DNA of 59,697 nt from a virus (lineage: Duplodnaviria > Caudoviricetes): IMG/VR virus record IMGVR_UViG_3300030233_000116, positions 1 through 59,697 of that record, one strand, 5' to 3'. A program made the translations under genes and the position numbers. This document shows, in pieces, positions 37,278 through 46,982 of the stretch (positions are counted from its first letter, which is position 1; every line of letters begins with the position of its first letter). The notes beneath the pieces were generated by a model that saw nothing but the letters and a program-made list of their open reading frames with translations, was not told where the DNA came from and did no database searches.

Positions 37278-37451
37278 AAAAACCGGTCAAATCCTCTCAA
37301 GATTGCGATTCTCTGAATTGCGAAACTTGCGTTTGAACACATTTTCCGGCATCTCATTTTCGCGAAACAACCTCGATCGGCTTCCGGATTCGCAAATTTG
37401 GAAAGGCGTTCAGAGTCACAACCTTACACAATGACTCTAATGCGGACTTTG

Positions 37452-37952
37452 TTAACTGCCCTCCAGGGCCGGTTTCTCTGCCGCATCGAGCATCCGCCGG
37501 AGTTGTTCCCGCGCCTCAGGCGAGGCCAACATGGTTTCCACAACCTTCTCCGGTGTCGCGTCCGCGTTCTGCGTGATATGCAATGACCGCTCGACAGGTT
37601 TCCCGATTTCGTAATGCGCGGCCATCTCCGCAGCCTTCAACCTGGCTTGCCAGTCCGGCACCTCGATGAAATCTTTCACCTGCGCGCTCCAGACTCGTTT
37701 TGTGGCCTGCAATGCTTTATCGATCACCCGCTTCGCCTCGATAAACTGCTCGGTAAACTGCCCCCTAGTGTCCAAGTCTTCATTGTTTGAATTCTGAACA
37801 CGGGTAAGCGCCGATGAGTGAGAATCGCGCGCACGCGGCTCGGTTTGCATTTTCTTACCCCTCACCCGCCCTTTACCCTGCCCATTTTTGACTCCGGGAG
37901 GTCGTCCTAATCGCTTTTTCTCCGTAGGAGCAGGAGCAAATTCACCATCCAT
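37452..37952 (-). CDS. Putative terminase small subunit
   Basis: GRPPGVKN N-terminus; PDWQARLKAAEMAAHYEIGKP helical motif; upstream of terL. Confidence 0.6.
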   Translation of the reverse strand: MDGEFAPAPTEKKRLGRPPGVKNGQGKGRVRGKKMQTEPRARDSHSSALTRVQNSNNEDLDTRGQFTEQFIEAKRVIDKALQATKRVWSAQVKDFIEVPDWQARLKAAEMAAHYEIGKPVERSLHITQNADATPEKVVETMLASPEAREQLRRMLDAAEKPALEGS

Positions 37953-38358
37953 GACGCATCTCCCTACCGGTTTGCACTTTTGTCCTGCCAACCATGGCGG
38001 ACGCGATGACGGTAAGCGCATCGGCAACCTCATCCAGGGTGACAGCGATCGCCTCGAGCCGACCCTCGACAGCATCCATGTGGCAAGCAAGCCTCTCCGG
38101 AATCTCCCCACAACCCCCTTCGTTAACCACCCCTGCACTCTCCATATCCTCCACCCCATTAAAACCCCCGGAACCCACCCCTTCGCTACAGCAACCCGTC
38201 TCACAGCCATGCTCAACATCACCCATGGAGGGTGCATCATCAAACCGGTCGGCGAGATCAGAGAGGAATTTCGAGTTGTCGGTGTCGGCGCCGAGCAAGC
38301 CCCTGTGGTAATGGGCCAGGGCGATCAAATTGGCTTTAATGCGTTGGTTCTCAGTCAT
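37942..38358 (-). CDS. Hypothetical protein
   Basis: ORF MTENQRIK...; C-terminal coiled coil. Confidence 0.45.
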   Translation of the reverse strand: MTENQRIKANLIALAHYHRGLLGADTDNSKFLSDLADRFDDAPSMGDVEHGCETGCCSEGVGSGGFNGVEDMESAGVVNEGGCGEIPERLACHMDAVEGRLEAIAVTLDEVADALTVIASAMVGRTKVQTGREMRHGW

Positions 38359-38413
38359 CGGCTGTAAACCAACCACACGACGACAACCTGGTCGAGCGGA
38401 AACCTGCCAATTG

Positions 38414-38578
38414 GTCTCATGGCTGAATTTGTCTCATGGGCGGATGAGATCCCCGAAAGATTGTCTACCGAAGGTTGGTCTCACGGCGCGGTATATATGC
38501 GGAGCATATACCGCCGTGAGACCATGAGACAATCGGGTCTCATGGACCGTGAGACAAGCTGAGACAAAGCCGTGAGAC
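38414..38578. repeat. GTCTCA/TGAGAC repeat cluster 2 with large hairpin (candidate origin or pac region)
   Basis: Nine exact copies; TGGTCTCACGGCG(38476-88)/CGCCGTGAGACCA(38512-24) arms enclosing TATATGC-GGA-GCATATA. Confidence 0.8.
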
Positions 38579-38605
38579 TTTTTCAAAAAAATCTTTCTCC
38601 ACCCC

Positions 38606-38634
38606 TTGACAGTCTACGCACCAGTGCGTATTGT
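38606..38634 (+). promoter_or_regulatory. Sigma70 promoter with palindromic operator
   Basis: TTGACA-17-TATTGT; TACGCAC-ca-GTGCGTA (38615-38630) covers the spacer and -10. Confidence 0.8.
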
Positions 38635-38643
38635 TATTGCGTC

Positions 38644-38850
38644 ATGGATAACAAATACAGCGAACAAGATTGCGATTACCAGGTCATCTACACGCCTATG
38701 GGCGACAAGGCCTACGACTTGATTGGGAGTAAAGGGGTGTGGCGCGTCTGGGACGAGGACGACGTGCGGCGTTCGCCGTACGCCAACACCTTTACCGCAA
38801 CAGCGGTAATGGAAGCCATGGAAGAGGAAGCCATGGAAGACGAAGAATAA
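38644..38850 (+). CDS. Small acidic early protein
   Basis: First ATG after the promoter; acidic tail EEEAMEDEE. Confidence 0.65.
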   Translation: MDNKYSEQDCDYQVIYTPMGDKAYDLIGSKGVWRVWDEDDVRRSPYANTFTATAVMEAMEEEAMEDEE

Positions 38851-38881
38851 CCCCACCGCCAACCCAACACCACCCACCAAT

Positions 38882-39374
38882 ATGGAAATGCAAAATCTCA
38901 CCCCTCATCCTCTGGCCCTCCACGGGCCGGAGGGGATAACTCAGCTCCCGGTTTCCGGGCCAGCCCCTCGGTTGGTCCCGAGCCGGGAAAACCTTGGGAG
39001 CCTTGCCGGGCTCCCCGTGGTCCGCACGACCCTCGGCGCTCCCGAGGGGCTTCCAGCCCCCCAAGAGGGGGTCATCTTGGTCGTCTCGGCCCTCGTGGCC
39101 GAGCATCCGTCCCTCTCGCCGGTGGCGGACCATCAACACTGTTTCCTGGCGCGCCCGCGCTGCCAGGAACGGCGGGCGCTGCGGATTTCATCCTGACGCG
39201 CTGGCTCTGCTAGATCGCATCGAGGCCGCGCAGGAGAAGGCTGAGAAACTTCGAGCCTCCCGCGAGGAGAACGAGCGCCGAGCAGCCGCCGAGAAGAAGG
39301 CGGAGGAGGACAATAAATTCTCCGGTCTCGGCAACGCATTTGATCAAAACCAAAAATTGTCTGAGATATTATGA
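38882..39374 (+). pseudogene. NLTPH-family gene apparently truncated and joined out of frame to the 3' end of another gene
   Basis: NLTPH...GLPAPQEGVILVVSALVA then loses family character near 39120; a second frame carries a coiled-coil tail ending FSGLGNAF. Confidence 0.45.
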
Positions 39375-39964
39375 CTGAACTCAAAGAAGCATACCTGGCC
39401 ATGCATAAAGCGTCAGGAATCAAAGTCGGCGACCGCGTGCGGGTGCTGAGAGGATTCGGGAAAGGCGAAATGGGCTGTGCTATAAGTGATGCAAAGGAGC
39501 AACAAATCAAATCAATCGGGAACACTTATCTGGTTGAAAGCGATCGTTGCGAGTATGGTTTTGGATTGGACAATCATTATAGATACCCTTTCTTCGTCCT
39601 CGAAAAGCTCGCCCCGCAGCACAAAGCCGTGCGCTTCGGCGAATACGAAGCCAAGGTAACGGCGGATACCGTGACAATCCCTCGCGAGCAAGTCGAAGCC
39701 GTGATCTCAGCCATGAATGAGTTGTGTGGCAACACGGAGCCTGAAAAGCCGAAGCGCAAACCGCTGCCGGACCTGCCGCCGCTGCCGTCTGGCGCGGTTT
39801 ATTTAGGGAGATGTGGCGAGTTTCAGACCTCTGGTTTTTTTGAAGGATGGGGTTGCCATTACGGTGAAGAGTGGAAATGGGATAAATGGAGCGGCGACTG
39901 TGAGTTGTTTTTCTACGCCGCACCCGCCGATTCCAAAATTGCAAAACTCAACGGGCTTGCCTGA
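39371..39964 (+). CDS. Hypothetical protein (KVGDRVRV SH3-like N-terminus)
   Basis: ATGA-coupled; 197 aa. Confidence 0.6.
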   Translation: MTELKEAYLAMHKASGIKVGDRVRVLRGFGKGEMGCAISDAKEQQIKSIGNTYLVESDRCEYGFGLDNHYRYPFFVLEKLAPQHKAVRFGEYEAKVTADTVTIPREQVEAVISAMNELCGNTEPEKPKRKPLPDLPPLPSGAVYLGRCGEFQTSGFFEGWGCHYGEEWKWDKWSGDCELFFYAAPADSKIAKLNGLA

Positions 39965-40002
39965 TATGCAAACACGAAACGGCAAAAAGAGGTGCCTGGA
40001 TC

Positions 40003-40257
40003 ATGAAAATCACCATCAATCACCCCTCCAGCTCCTACGGAATGCCGGTCATCCTCGACGATACCGGCCAGCCCATGGACTACGCCGATGGCGTCCGGGA
40101 GATCCGGGCGCGTTACAAGCTGAACACTCAGCAATTCGGGGTCATCTGCGGAGTCTCCGGGCGCACTGTGGAGGGCTGGGAGCAAGGGAGGCCGCCCAGC
40201 GCTCAAGCATTGCTCTCAATAGCGCAGCTTATTAACAAACCCAAACGCAAGTCATGA
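40003..40257 (+). CDS. XRE-family HTH regulator
   Basis: IRARYKLNTQQFGVICGVSGRTVEGWEQGR. Confidence 0.85.
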   Translation: MKITINHPSSSYGMPVILDDTGQPMDYADGVREIRARYKLNTQQFGVICGVSGRTVEGWEQGRPPSAQALLSIAQLINKPKRKS

Positions 40258-40285
40258 GCACCAAGAATCCCACGAATCAACCAAC

Positions 40286-42382
40286 TCACTGAATCCACTC
40301 CTTCGATTCCTGTAAAAAGCGAACCTTCCGTTGATCTTTGATCGACGTCCAAAGCCGGTAAAACGTCGCCTTGGATGCGCCCAACTCTTCGTTTGCCTGT
40401 CTCTGGAGGTCTGCCGCCCTCCAGGGACACCCAACCCCCATCAATGTCAGGATGTCCTGCTCTGACACCTGTCGCTTGAACTGCCCCGAGTTCGCCCGAG
40501 GCCGTTTCCGTTCCGATAACGACTCCTCGAACGCCTCCTGATCAAAATCATCCTCGACGCAGTAGGTGCCATCCTGGCCGAGCGTCACCGCCATCGCCGG
40601 GAACTTCTTGCCGTCATTATTCTTCCCGCAGGCCACCAACAGCTCCGAATCATCGTCAGGATTCCTTGGAGCAATGTTGATTTGGCTTCGGCAGAATGCA
40701 TAAAGCGCCTTCGAACCACGCCCGAACGAAGCCGCATCCCACCCGAGCGCCTTTTTCGCCCCTTCCTTGCCGGTGATCGAGTGATGCAGGATGATCGGGA
40801 CTCGAGTCGGCGCCCCCTTGAGAACCACCTCGGCAATATGCGTGCAGAGCGCCCGCATGTCTTGGTCTGAATTTGGGTCGCCGGCGGTGAAAGTGTTTAA
40901 AGGGTCGAACACCACGAACTTCGGATTGAGATCCCCGATGAGCTTTTTGATCTCCGTTTTGTCCTCTGGATTGTCCAGAAACATGAACCGGTCTCGATCA
41001 TCCTCAAGCGTGTGAATCATCAGGCACCGGTTCACCATTTCGATTTCCGAGGCTGTCAGTTTCAAGGCCTTGATCATCGCCATCAGATCCTTCTGCAACC
41101 GCCGATTCGAGTTTTCCGTCTGAATGAAAAGCCACCTTTTCCCGGCCGCCCGGGTCGTCATCTGCAGGAAATCCTTGCCGGTGATTGCGCATAACGCCAA
41201 TTGCATCACCAATCGTGATTTTCCGACGCCACCCGGCCCAAGGAAGCTCACGGGAGCGCCATCTTGAATGACTCGATCACCCCAGATGCAATCATTGTCC
41301 GAAAACTCCATGGACAACAGTTCCTCGACCGTGCGCGTCGAAAGCCTCGAGGTAGACGACGGCCCGGCATGCGACAGCAATTTGTAGAGCGCATCTGCCG
41401 TCATGCCTTCCTTTGCCCAATCGTTCCAATCTTTCAGATGTCTCGGCGGATCGATTCGCCTGATGAGCACCCCGGTCCGAGCGGCCGCATCCCGCGCATC
41501 CTTCTCGAAGACCTCGGCCCCCGTTGGTTTGCCGTCTTTGCGAGGCGGATCGTTTTGTTGCGCCAAGTAAATCTGCGGATCCTCGGAGAGTTGTTTTAAC
41601 CGCCGAAAAATGGGCGCGAACTCCTTCGCGTTATTGGCGCCGCGGGAACAATAGACCGAGCAATGATCGAGCCCTCCTTTATGCAGGCCAAGACCTTCGA
41701 TGAAGGCAAATGCATCCCACTGAGATTCAAAAAATGCATGTAAGGTATGCTGGCTCTGGTTGTCGCCAGCGATCTCGATCGGGGTGTGCGGAGAATCATC
41801 CGTGTAACGCCAGCCTTTATCAGTCTTGAAATGCGCACCGCGAATAAACCCCTCTTCATCTCGAACAGAAATCGCAGGGGAATCCCGATAGACCCCAAGG
41901 TAATCGTTCGCGTGCAGCCATCGAGTGAATTCCAGAGAGTAACCACGCCACTCCGCGATGGCCGTTAGATGTTTTTCGGTGGCGGCTTGCTTACAATCCT
42001 CCCATTCGCTGAATGGATAAATTGGTTTTTTCTCTTCCGTTTCCTTCGGAGTCTTCTGGGGTCTGGTACCGTTCTTCGATTCGCTTTTTGCATCAGAGGG
42101 TTTGCTGATGCCGGCCCATTCGATGAACTGCCGGCATGCTTCAGAGTTGTCGGCGATGTCTTTGGCTTGAGCGAAAAAATCGACCTGGTCACCACCCTCG
42201 CCAGTGGCGTGATCCTTCCACCTCCATTCACCTTCCTTTTCATAAACGCCCCAGGATGGCGAGCGCTCTTCCCGAAATGGAGATTTACAGCACTTCTTGA
42301 AAAAATCGCCATAGCCCAGCTCTTGCATGGTGCGCTCCAGCGAAAATCGGCTTTTTGCGATGGAAAGGAGCGGGTTATTCAT
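40286..42382 (-). CDS. Primase-helicase (Zn-finger-like/TOPRIM + AAA_25 RepA-type helicase + C-terminal wHTH)
   Basis: SPFREERSPS..WKDHATGEGGD, FESQWDA, KDWND, GPGGVGKS, VFDPL, ILHH. Confidence 0.85.
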   Translation of the reverse strand: MNNPLLSIAKSRFSLERTMQELGYGDFFKKCCKSPFREERSPSWGVYEKEGEWRWKDHATGEGGDQVDFFAQAKDIADNSEACRQFIEWAGISKPSDAKSESKNGTRPQKTPKETEEKKPIYPFSEWEDCKQAATEKHLTAIAEWRGYSLEFTRWLHANDYLGVYRDSPAISVRDEEGFIRGAHFKTDKGWRYTDDSPHTPIEIAGDNQSQHTLHAFFESQWDAFAFIEGLGLHKGGLDHCSVYCSRGANNAKEFAPIFRRLKQLSEDPQIYLAQQNDPPRKDGKPTGAEVFEKDARDAAARTGVLIRRIDPPRHLKDWNDWAKEGMTADALYKLLSHAGPSSTSRLSTRTVEELLSMEFSDNDCIWGDRVIQDGAPVSFLGPGGVGKSRLVMQLALCAITGKDFLQMTTRAAGKRWLFIQTENSNRRLQKDLMAMIKALKLTASEIEMVNRCLMIHTLEDDRDRFMFLDNPEDKTEIKKLIGDLNPKFVVFDPLNTFTAGDPNSDQDMRALCTHIAEVVLKGAPTRVPIILHHSITGKEGAKKALGWDAASFGRGSKALYAFCRSQINIAPRNPDDDSELLVACGKNNDGKKFPAMAVTLGQDGTYCVEDDFDQEAFEESLSERKRPRANSGQFKRQVSEQDILTLMGVGCPWRAADLQRQANEELGASKATFYRLWTSIKDQRKVRFLQESKEWIQ

Positions 42383-43509
42383 GTCACCCCCTCCACGACA
42401 GAATATCCCAACCGCCGATAAAGAGCCCGCCGCGCATCGGACTGGCGCTTCAACATCGGATGCGTGAGATCACGAAAATCAACAATGATTCCGCTCTGCT
42501 TGCCTTTGTAAGCCCGCAAAACTCGCCCGGTCCGTTGCTCCAATTTCGCAGGGGATCGACCGGCGTTAATCAAAACCAAGGCGTCCGCGCACGGGACATC
42601 CAGCCCCTCATCTGCCAATGAGGTTGCAAACAGACATTTCAGATCCCCGGCCCGAAACGCCTCGATCATCTCGCGTCGCCGTTTCTTCCCAAGCTTCGCG
42701 TAACAGAGTGCAGCTTCCACACCAGCGACCCCAAGCCGTTCACAAAGCATCTGGCCGTGCTCGATCGTATTGACCAGAGACAGGACATTACGACCCCGCA
42801 ACAGCAACCCCTCGACAGCATTTACCGCCGCCAGATTGCGCGCTCCATTCTCCACGATCCCAAGCTGCACCGAGAACTGCCACCGACACCGAGAAAGCGT
42901 CTCCTTCGGATCCAGCATCATCCGCCATTTCCGCAGACGCTTCGCGCATTCTTCCTGGGCGGCGCCCTCGATGGTTTCGCCAAGCGCCGGGTCCTCGATT
43001 GTGATCCACTCGACCTCAGCCGGAGCCAGATGGCCATCGGCCACCAGTTCGTGACGCCCGATCGTGCAAACCTTGCCGGCAAACAACGCCCGAAGCCGGT
43101 CATCTCGCATTTTGTCGCCGGTCCACGGAGTTGCAGAGAAGCCCCAGCGAGCGCCAGGACATGCCGAGATCAGCTTTGACCACCCTGGCGCTGTTCCATG
43201 GTGGCATTCATCGACCACCAAGACGTCAAATGTGGCCGTTGGCAGGTTGCCGGCCGCGCAACCGATGATGACGTCGGCCTGCTCCCGGATGGGGAACCGC
43301 TCGATGGCCGCTTCTGCTTGCTGGTATTGATCGATTGAGTTCGCCATCCAGCCGATACGAGGTCTGCAATCCCGCGGGAGAGCGAGCACTTTTGTGAGTG
43401 CCGCCGCCGCGATAATGGTCTTCCCGCTGCCGGCCGGAGCCTGCACGATACCCCGCCGCGTCCGTGAAAGCCAGGTCACGGCATCCTGTTGGTAGTGACG
43501 CAGATTCAA
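42379..43509 (-). CDS. SF2 (ResIII/DEAD-like) helicase
   Basis: LRHYQ, APAGSGKT, DECHH, SATP, EGLDVP, QRTGRVLR. Confidence 0.9.
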   Translation of the reverse strand: MNLRHYQQDAVTWLSRTRRGIVQAPAGSGKTIIAAAALTKVLALPRDCRPRIGWMANSIDQYQQAEAAIERFPIREQADVIIGCAAGNLPTATFDVLVVDECHHGTAPGWSKLISACPGARWGFSATPWTGDKMRDDRLRALFAGKVCTIGRHELVADGHLAPAEVEWITIEDPALGETIEGAAQEECAKRLRKWRMMLDPKETLSRCRWQFSVQLGIVENGARNLAAVNAVEGLLLRGRNVLSLVNTIEHGQMLCERLGVAGVEAALCYAKLGKKRRREMIEAFRAGDLKCLFATSLADEGLDVPCADALVLINAGRSPAKLEQRTGRVLRAYKGKQSGIIVDFRDLTHPMLKRQSDARRALYRRLGYSVVEGVT

Positions 43510-43688
43510 TTCTGTTCCTCCATCGAATGCTCTCTCACCTCGATGACCTCCCATTCGCTTTCACCGATGATGAATCCACACTCGCAGAAGTGCACATACG
43601 ACCAGAAAGGATAGGTGTGTTCAACTTCTGCCTTTTGCGCCTTCTGACACTCAGGACACTTGATCCATTCTTCGTGGGATTCAGCCAT
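43506..43688 (-). CDS. Small zinc-ribbon protein
   Basis: IKCPEC...HFCECG; TAATG-coupled. Confidence 0.6.
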   Translation of the reverse strand: MAESHEEWIKCPECQKAQKAEVEHTYPFWSYVHFCECGFIIGESEWEVIEVREHSMEEQN

Positions 43689-44737
43689 TACAACCACCTC
43701 CTCACCATCTGAGCCACATACCCGGGCGCGATCTGTGCGAGCGCCGTGCAATACCCGGACTTGGCGCACGGACCGTGCTCCGGAAACGGCGTTCCTCGAG
43801 GATGATGCGAACACGGAGAGCACTTCCATCGCCCTTGAATAATAGTTCCGCGCTGCCCGACCATGTAAGACTCTCCATGGAAAGGCCCGAACAATCCCAC
43901 CACTGGAATATCCAGAGCCGCGCCGACATGCACAAACACACTGTCGGCCCCAAGTATGACATCGCATTGCGACGCCATCGCGATCGATTGCCGGATTGTG
44001 AATTGCCGCTGAGTGCAATCGAAAACGCCTTCGGGTTGCGCCTCCTTGTTTTGGCGAGCATCGCCCACAATCACAATTTCATGCCCCCATTTATAAAGAA
44101 GCCCCATTACCTTCAGCATCCCTGATTCCACCAATCGACCGCCGACGCGAACCAAATATTCTTTATTTCCGGTTGATGGCGACATTTGCACGCACACACG
44201 CTTTTTCTTTGTCCGCGGAAATTGAGCCTGAGCCCATTCCGTTTCATCCTGTCGCAAATCATAAACTGATTTTTGCGGGAGAGGATCCAACCCGAACCGC
44301 CGAGCAATTCGGTCGCATGGATGCTCAGTCACGCATGGCTCGCCCTCGATGATGTTTTCCAGCCAATGAACCTGCAACCCTTTAGTGTCCAAAATGGACA
44401 GAGGATAATTCAACCTGCTATCAATAAACCCTTCCATGACCGGCAAGTAATGGGCGAACGCGCAGTGATGTATTTTAATGCCGGGGTGCTTTTCTCGTAA
44501 TGCGCGATAGACCGCGTTCAGCCAAAGGAGATCGCCGAACCCGCCTACGCGAACAACGATTATTTCATCGGCAATTTTGCTTGGCTTGGGAAAGCAATCA
44601 TGACGCAGCCTAACATTGCCGAAGCAACCTCCCGCCCAAAGCAGCTGTGCGGCGTTATGGTCTTCGAGATAATATTCACCTGCCTCCATCGTCAGGTGTT
44701 TCCACTGCATTTGGGATCTGATTTGGGCTATGTGCAT
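43688..44737 (-). CDS. Glycosyltransferase family 9 (heptosyltransferase-like)
   Basis: RVGGFGDLL, GADSVFVHVGAALDIPVVGLFGP, CSPC. Confidence 0.85.
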   Translation of the reverse strand: MHIAQIRSQMQWKHLTMEAGEYYLEDHNAAQLLWAGGCFGNVRLRHDCFPKPSKIADEIIVVRVGGFGDLLWLNAVYRALREKHPGIKIHHCAFAHYLPVMEGFIDSRLNYPLSILDTKGLQVHWLENIIEGEPCVTEHPCDRIARRFGLDPLPQKSVYDLRQDETEWAQAQFPRTKKKRVCVQMSPSTGNKEYLVRVGGRLVESGMLKVMGLLYKWGHEIVIVGDARQNKEAQPEGVFDCTQRQFTIRQSIAMASQCDVILGADSVFVHVGAALDIPVVGLFGPFHGESYMVGQRGTIIQGRWKCSPCSHHPRGTPFPEHGPCAKSGYCTALAQIAPGYVAQMVRRWL

Positions 44738-44955
44738 TATTCTAACCGAAAGTTCATTGTTTCTTTTGGAAGGGCAAACAGCCCCGGCTTTACGCGAATT
44801 ATCATCTTACGCTTCACCATGTTAGATAAGACATTGCCGACATGAAACCTGGCATTGGCGTAAACATCCTTTCCGATCAAGTCGACAGCTTGATTCAATG
44901 TAAGTTCATGGTTTTCTCGCAGGAACCTTATGACCGCGTTCTGTTTTGGGCTCAT
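44737..44955 (-). CDS. Small winged-helix protein
   Basis: VLSNMVKRKMIIRVKPGLF wing motif. Confidence 0.55.
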   Translation of the reverse strand: MSPKQNAVIRFLRENHELTLNQAVDLIGKDVYANARFHVGNVLSNMVKRKMIIRVKPGLFALPKETMNFRLE

Positions 44956-45215
44956 TCCGCCAAAATCTCTAAGTTGTCGACCCCCACAAGCCGCACCTTC
45001 AGCCCCATCAATTCCATCTCCCCTGCAGCTTCGTTCACCAGTTCTGGCCAAGTCTTTTTCAGTTCGTCGAGCTGCGCTTTCCCACGCTCCCCCATCAGCA
45101 GATGGGTCGGCCTGGCGGTTGCGTGCTCTTTGGTCCACATCGCAAGACCGGTCGCGATAACACGGATCAACGGCCAATGATGCGGCCACTCTTCATCATC
45201 TTGAATGATAATCAT
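44952..45215 (-). CDS. Hypothetical protein
   Basis: Coupled ORF. Confidence 0.45.
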   Translation of the reverse strand: MIIIQDDEEWPHHWPLIRVIATGLAMWTKEHATARPTHLLMGERGKAQLDELKKTWPELVNEAAGEMELMGLKVRLVGVDNLEILAE

Positions 45216-45217
45216 TG

Positions 45218-46483
45218 TCAGTAGCAGTTCAGTTCAAACGCATGTTTGATTGCCGAGATCGCCTCACAATCCTTTGCCGCCATCAGAAGCCCGCGATTGG
45301 TTCGCTCACCCGGTCTGTCGAGGTTATCCACCACGCAACGCCAACCCTCGGCCACAAGTTTTTCGTGCATGTATCGAGGCCCCTCGCATCCCGGATAACC
45401 CACCGCCGTTGAGCAGACGTCGTGCAGGATCACGCACCGCGGATTCTTGGCTAAGACCAGCTCGATTTCCTGCTTGCCGGTCTCCAACGAGTGATCGCCA
45501 TCAAGGAAAATCACATCCCATTGATGCCGTTCATCAGCCAGACACTCGACCGAAGCCTTTTGATGCAAGCAGACCTCCCGATTGCCGATGACGTCGAAAA
45601 ACTGCTTTTGAAGCCCGACGTCGCAAGCGTGATACCGGTCAATTACGCGGTGATCCAGAGCCGCGCAAAACGCCGCCGCAGATGCTCCGGTCCACACCCC
45701 CACCTCAAGAGCCTTGGAGAACAGCCCCGACATCAGCAAATCTCGGATGGCAGCGATATGGCGGATGTCCGCGCACATCGACGGCTCATGCCATTCCGGC
45801 AGGTCAGGCACCAAACTCTTAATGCCGGCCATCACGTATTCGGGCAAAAGTTGCTCGCGCTCATCCATCGAGATGAAAGTGAGATGGGCGAGAAAATCAC
45901 CAGGCTGCCACGGCTCCGGGCCGGACGTCGACGGAAGGGCCGGCACGGCATTGAATGTCCGGCGAGGATGAATCGCAAACAATGAGCGAGCATCCTCATC
46001 CTCGACATAAAGCTCCTGCATGGCCTGCTGTTCCCAAAGGGGCGCGTTCTTCCATTGCGTTTTCTGCTGCGCTTTTCGAAACAGCCCCTCGACGGCCGCA
46101 CGCTTGCCCTTTGTCGACAAATCCAAAATGAAATTGCCAAAACTGAAGTGCTGAATCTTTTCAGGCTCACAATCAGTCCAATCCCGGCTCACATGGATGG
46201 CGGCTTGTCGATGTTTGCAAAAGTCCAGCGACTGATCCGGACGTGTGATCACCACGTCAGCATCGAACCACGCGATACGGTCAGGCATCCCAAGCCGGTC
46301 ATCATTGATTCGGTCGATTACGATCTGCAGTTTGTGCCACGATGGATGGCAGTCACCCGGGTATTCAGAGATGCGCTCGAAGTCATAGCCGTGACGTCTT
46401 GCGTAAGCGTGGATATTCGGCGCCGAAATGTCGCCGACTCGTTTCATGGCCGCATCGCAGCCGGTCAGGATCAGGGTTTTCAT
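45218..46483 (-). CDS. GT34-like glycosyltransferase fused to class I SAM methyltransferase (Methyltransf_24-like)
   Basis: YARRHGY, SWHKL, WFDAD, WEQQAM, GDFLAH; then LEVGVWTGAS, FLDGDHS, LHD. Confidence 0.85.
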   Translation of the reverse strand: MKTLILTGCDAAMKRVGDISAPNIHAYARRHGYDFERISEYPGDCHPSWHKLQIVIDRINDDRLGMPDRIAWFDADVVITRPDQSLDFCKHRQAAIHVSRDWTDCEPEKIQHFSFGNFILDLSTKGKRAAVEGLFRKAQQKTQWKNAPLWEQQAMQELYVEDEDARSLFAIHPRRTFNAVPALPSTSGPEPWQPGDFLAHLTFISMDEREQLLPEYVMAGIKSLVPDLPEWHEPSMCADIRHIAAIRDLLMSGLFSKALEVGVWTGASAAAFCAALDHRVIDRYHACDVGLQKQFFDVIGNREVCLHQKASVECLADERHQWDVIFLDGDHSLETGKQEIELVLAKNPRCVILHDVCSTAVGYPGCEGPRYMHEKLVAEGWRCVVDNLDRPGERTNRGLLMAAKDCEAISAIKHAFELNCY

Positions 46484-46815
46484 TTTTTCAAATCGCGAAG
46501 CGCCAAAGCGCGCATGTCTTCCAAGTGTTTCTGAGTGGCGGCCAACTGTCCTGCACTGCCAGTTCCTTCAGTGGGCCGAATTCCGCATTGCCAAAGCTCA
46601 TCCATCAAAACCTGAGCTTCTTCCGGCTGCAGCCGCATAAGCGGATCATGCTCAGCCATCAATTCATCAGGCGATTTCTGAGTCAGAACCAACGGGGCCG
46701 CGATTGCGACCGACGTGCTTCCCTCGTTGTTCGTGGAGTAAGCCGCCAAATGAATGGCGATTTGGTCCATGAAGTATGGCTCTCGCCATGCTTTGATTTT
46801 GATTCGGGTTTTCAT
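46480..46815 (-). CDS. Hypothetical phage protein
   Basis: AQVLMDELWQCGIRP...HLEDMR motif; starts right next to the attP arm sites. Confidence 0.6.
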   Translation of the reverse strand: MKTRIKIKAWREPYFMDQIAIHLAAYSTNNEGSTSVAIAAPLVLTQKSPDELMAEHDPLMRLQPEEAQVLMDELWQCGIRPTEGTGSAGQLAATQKHLEDMRALALRDLKK

Positions 46816-46819
46816 AAAG

Positions 46820-46979
46820 TGGCACACTTCAGATGGCACACGCCAGATGCGAGCGTCTGACTACGGATCAGAAGGTTTGGGGTTCGAGTCCCTACGGGTG
46901 CAAGCTTTTTACTCTGGATCGACGTTGATCCGCTCTGATTTGGGATTGAATTTGGCACAGTCTGATTGGCACAGTCTGA
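46820..46979 (+). mobile_element. attP: core = 3' portion of tRNA-Arg(ACG), flanked by tandem arm-type repeats
   Basis: 46851-46902 GAGCGTCTGACTACGGATCAGAAGGTTTGGGGTTCGAGTCCCTACGGGTGCA; TGGCACAC..CAGA x2 (46820-47) and TTGGCACAGTCTGA x2 (46952-79). Confidence 0.88.
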
Positions 46980-46982
46980 GCC

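Noticed and set aside
38494-38510. N4-type virion RNA polymerase hairpin promoter (GCGGAGC)
   Set aside because: No single-subunit RNAP motifs recognised in the giant protein or elsewhere
38414-38578. CRISPR mini-array (given the Cas4-like gene)
   Set aside because: Repeats are 6-14 bp, in mixed orientation and irregularly spaced; the nuclease sits in a Sak4 recombination module
46851-46902. Functional tRNA-Arg gene
   Set aside because: The 5' acceptor strand and most of the D-arm are missing; it is the att core
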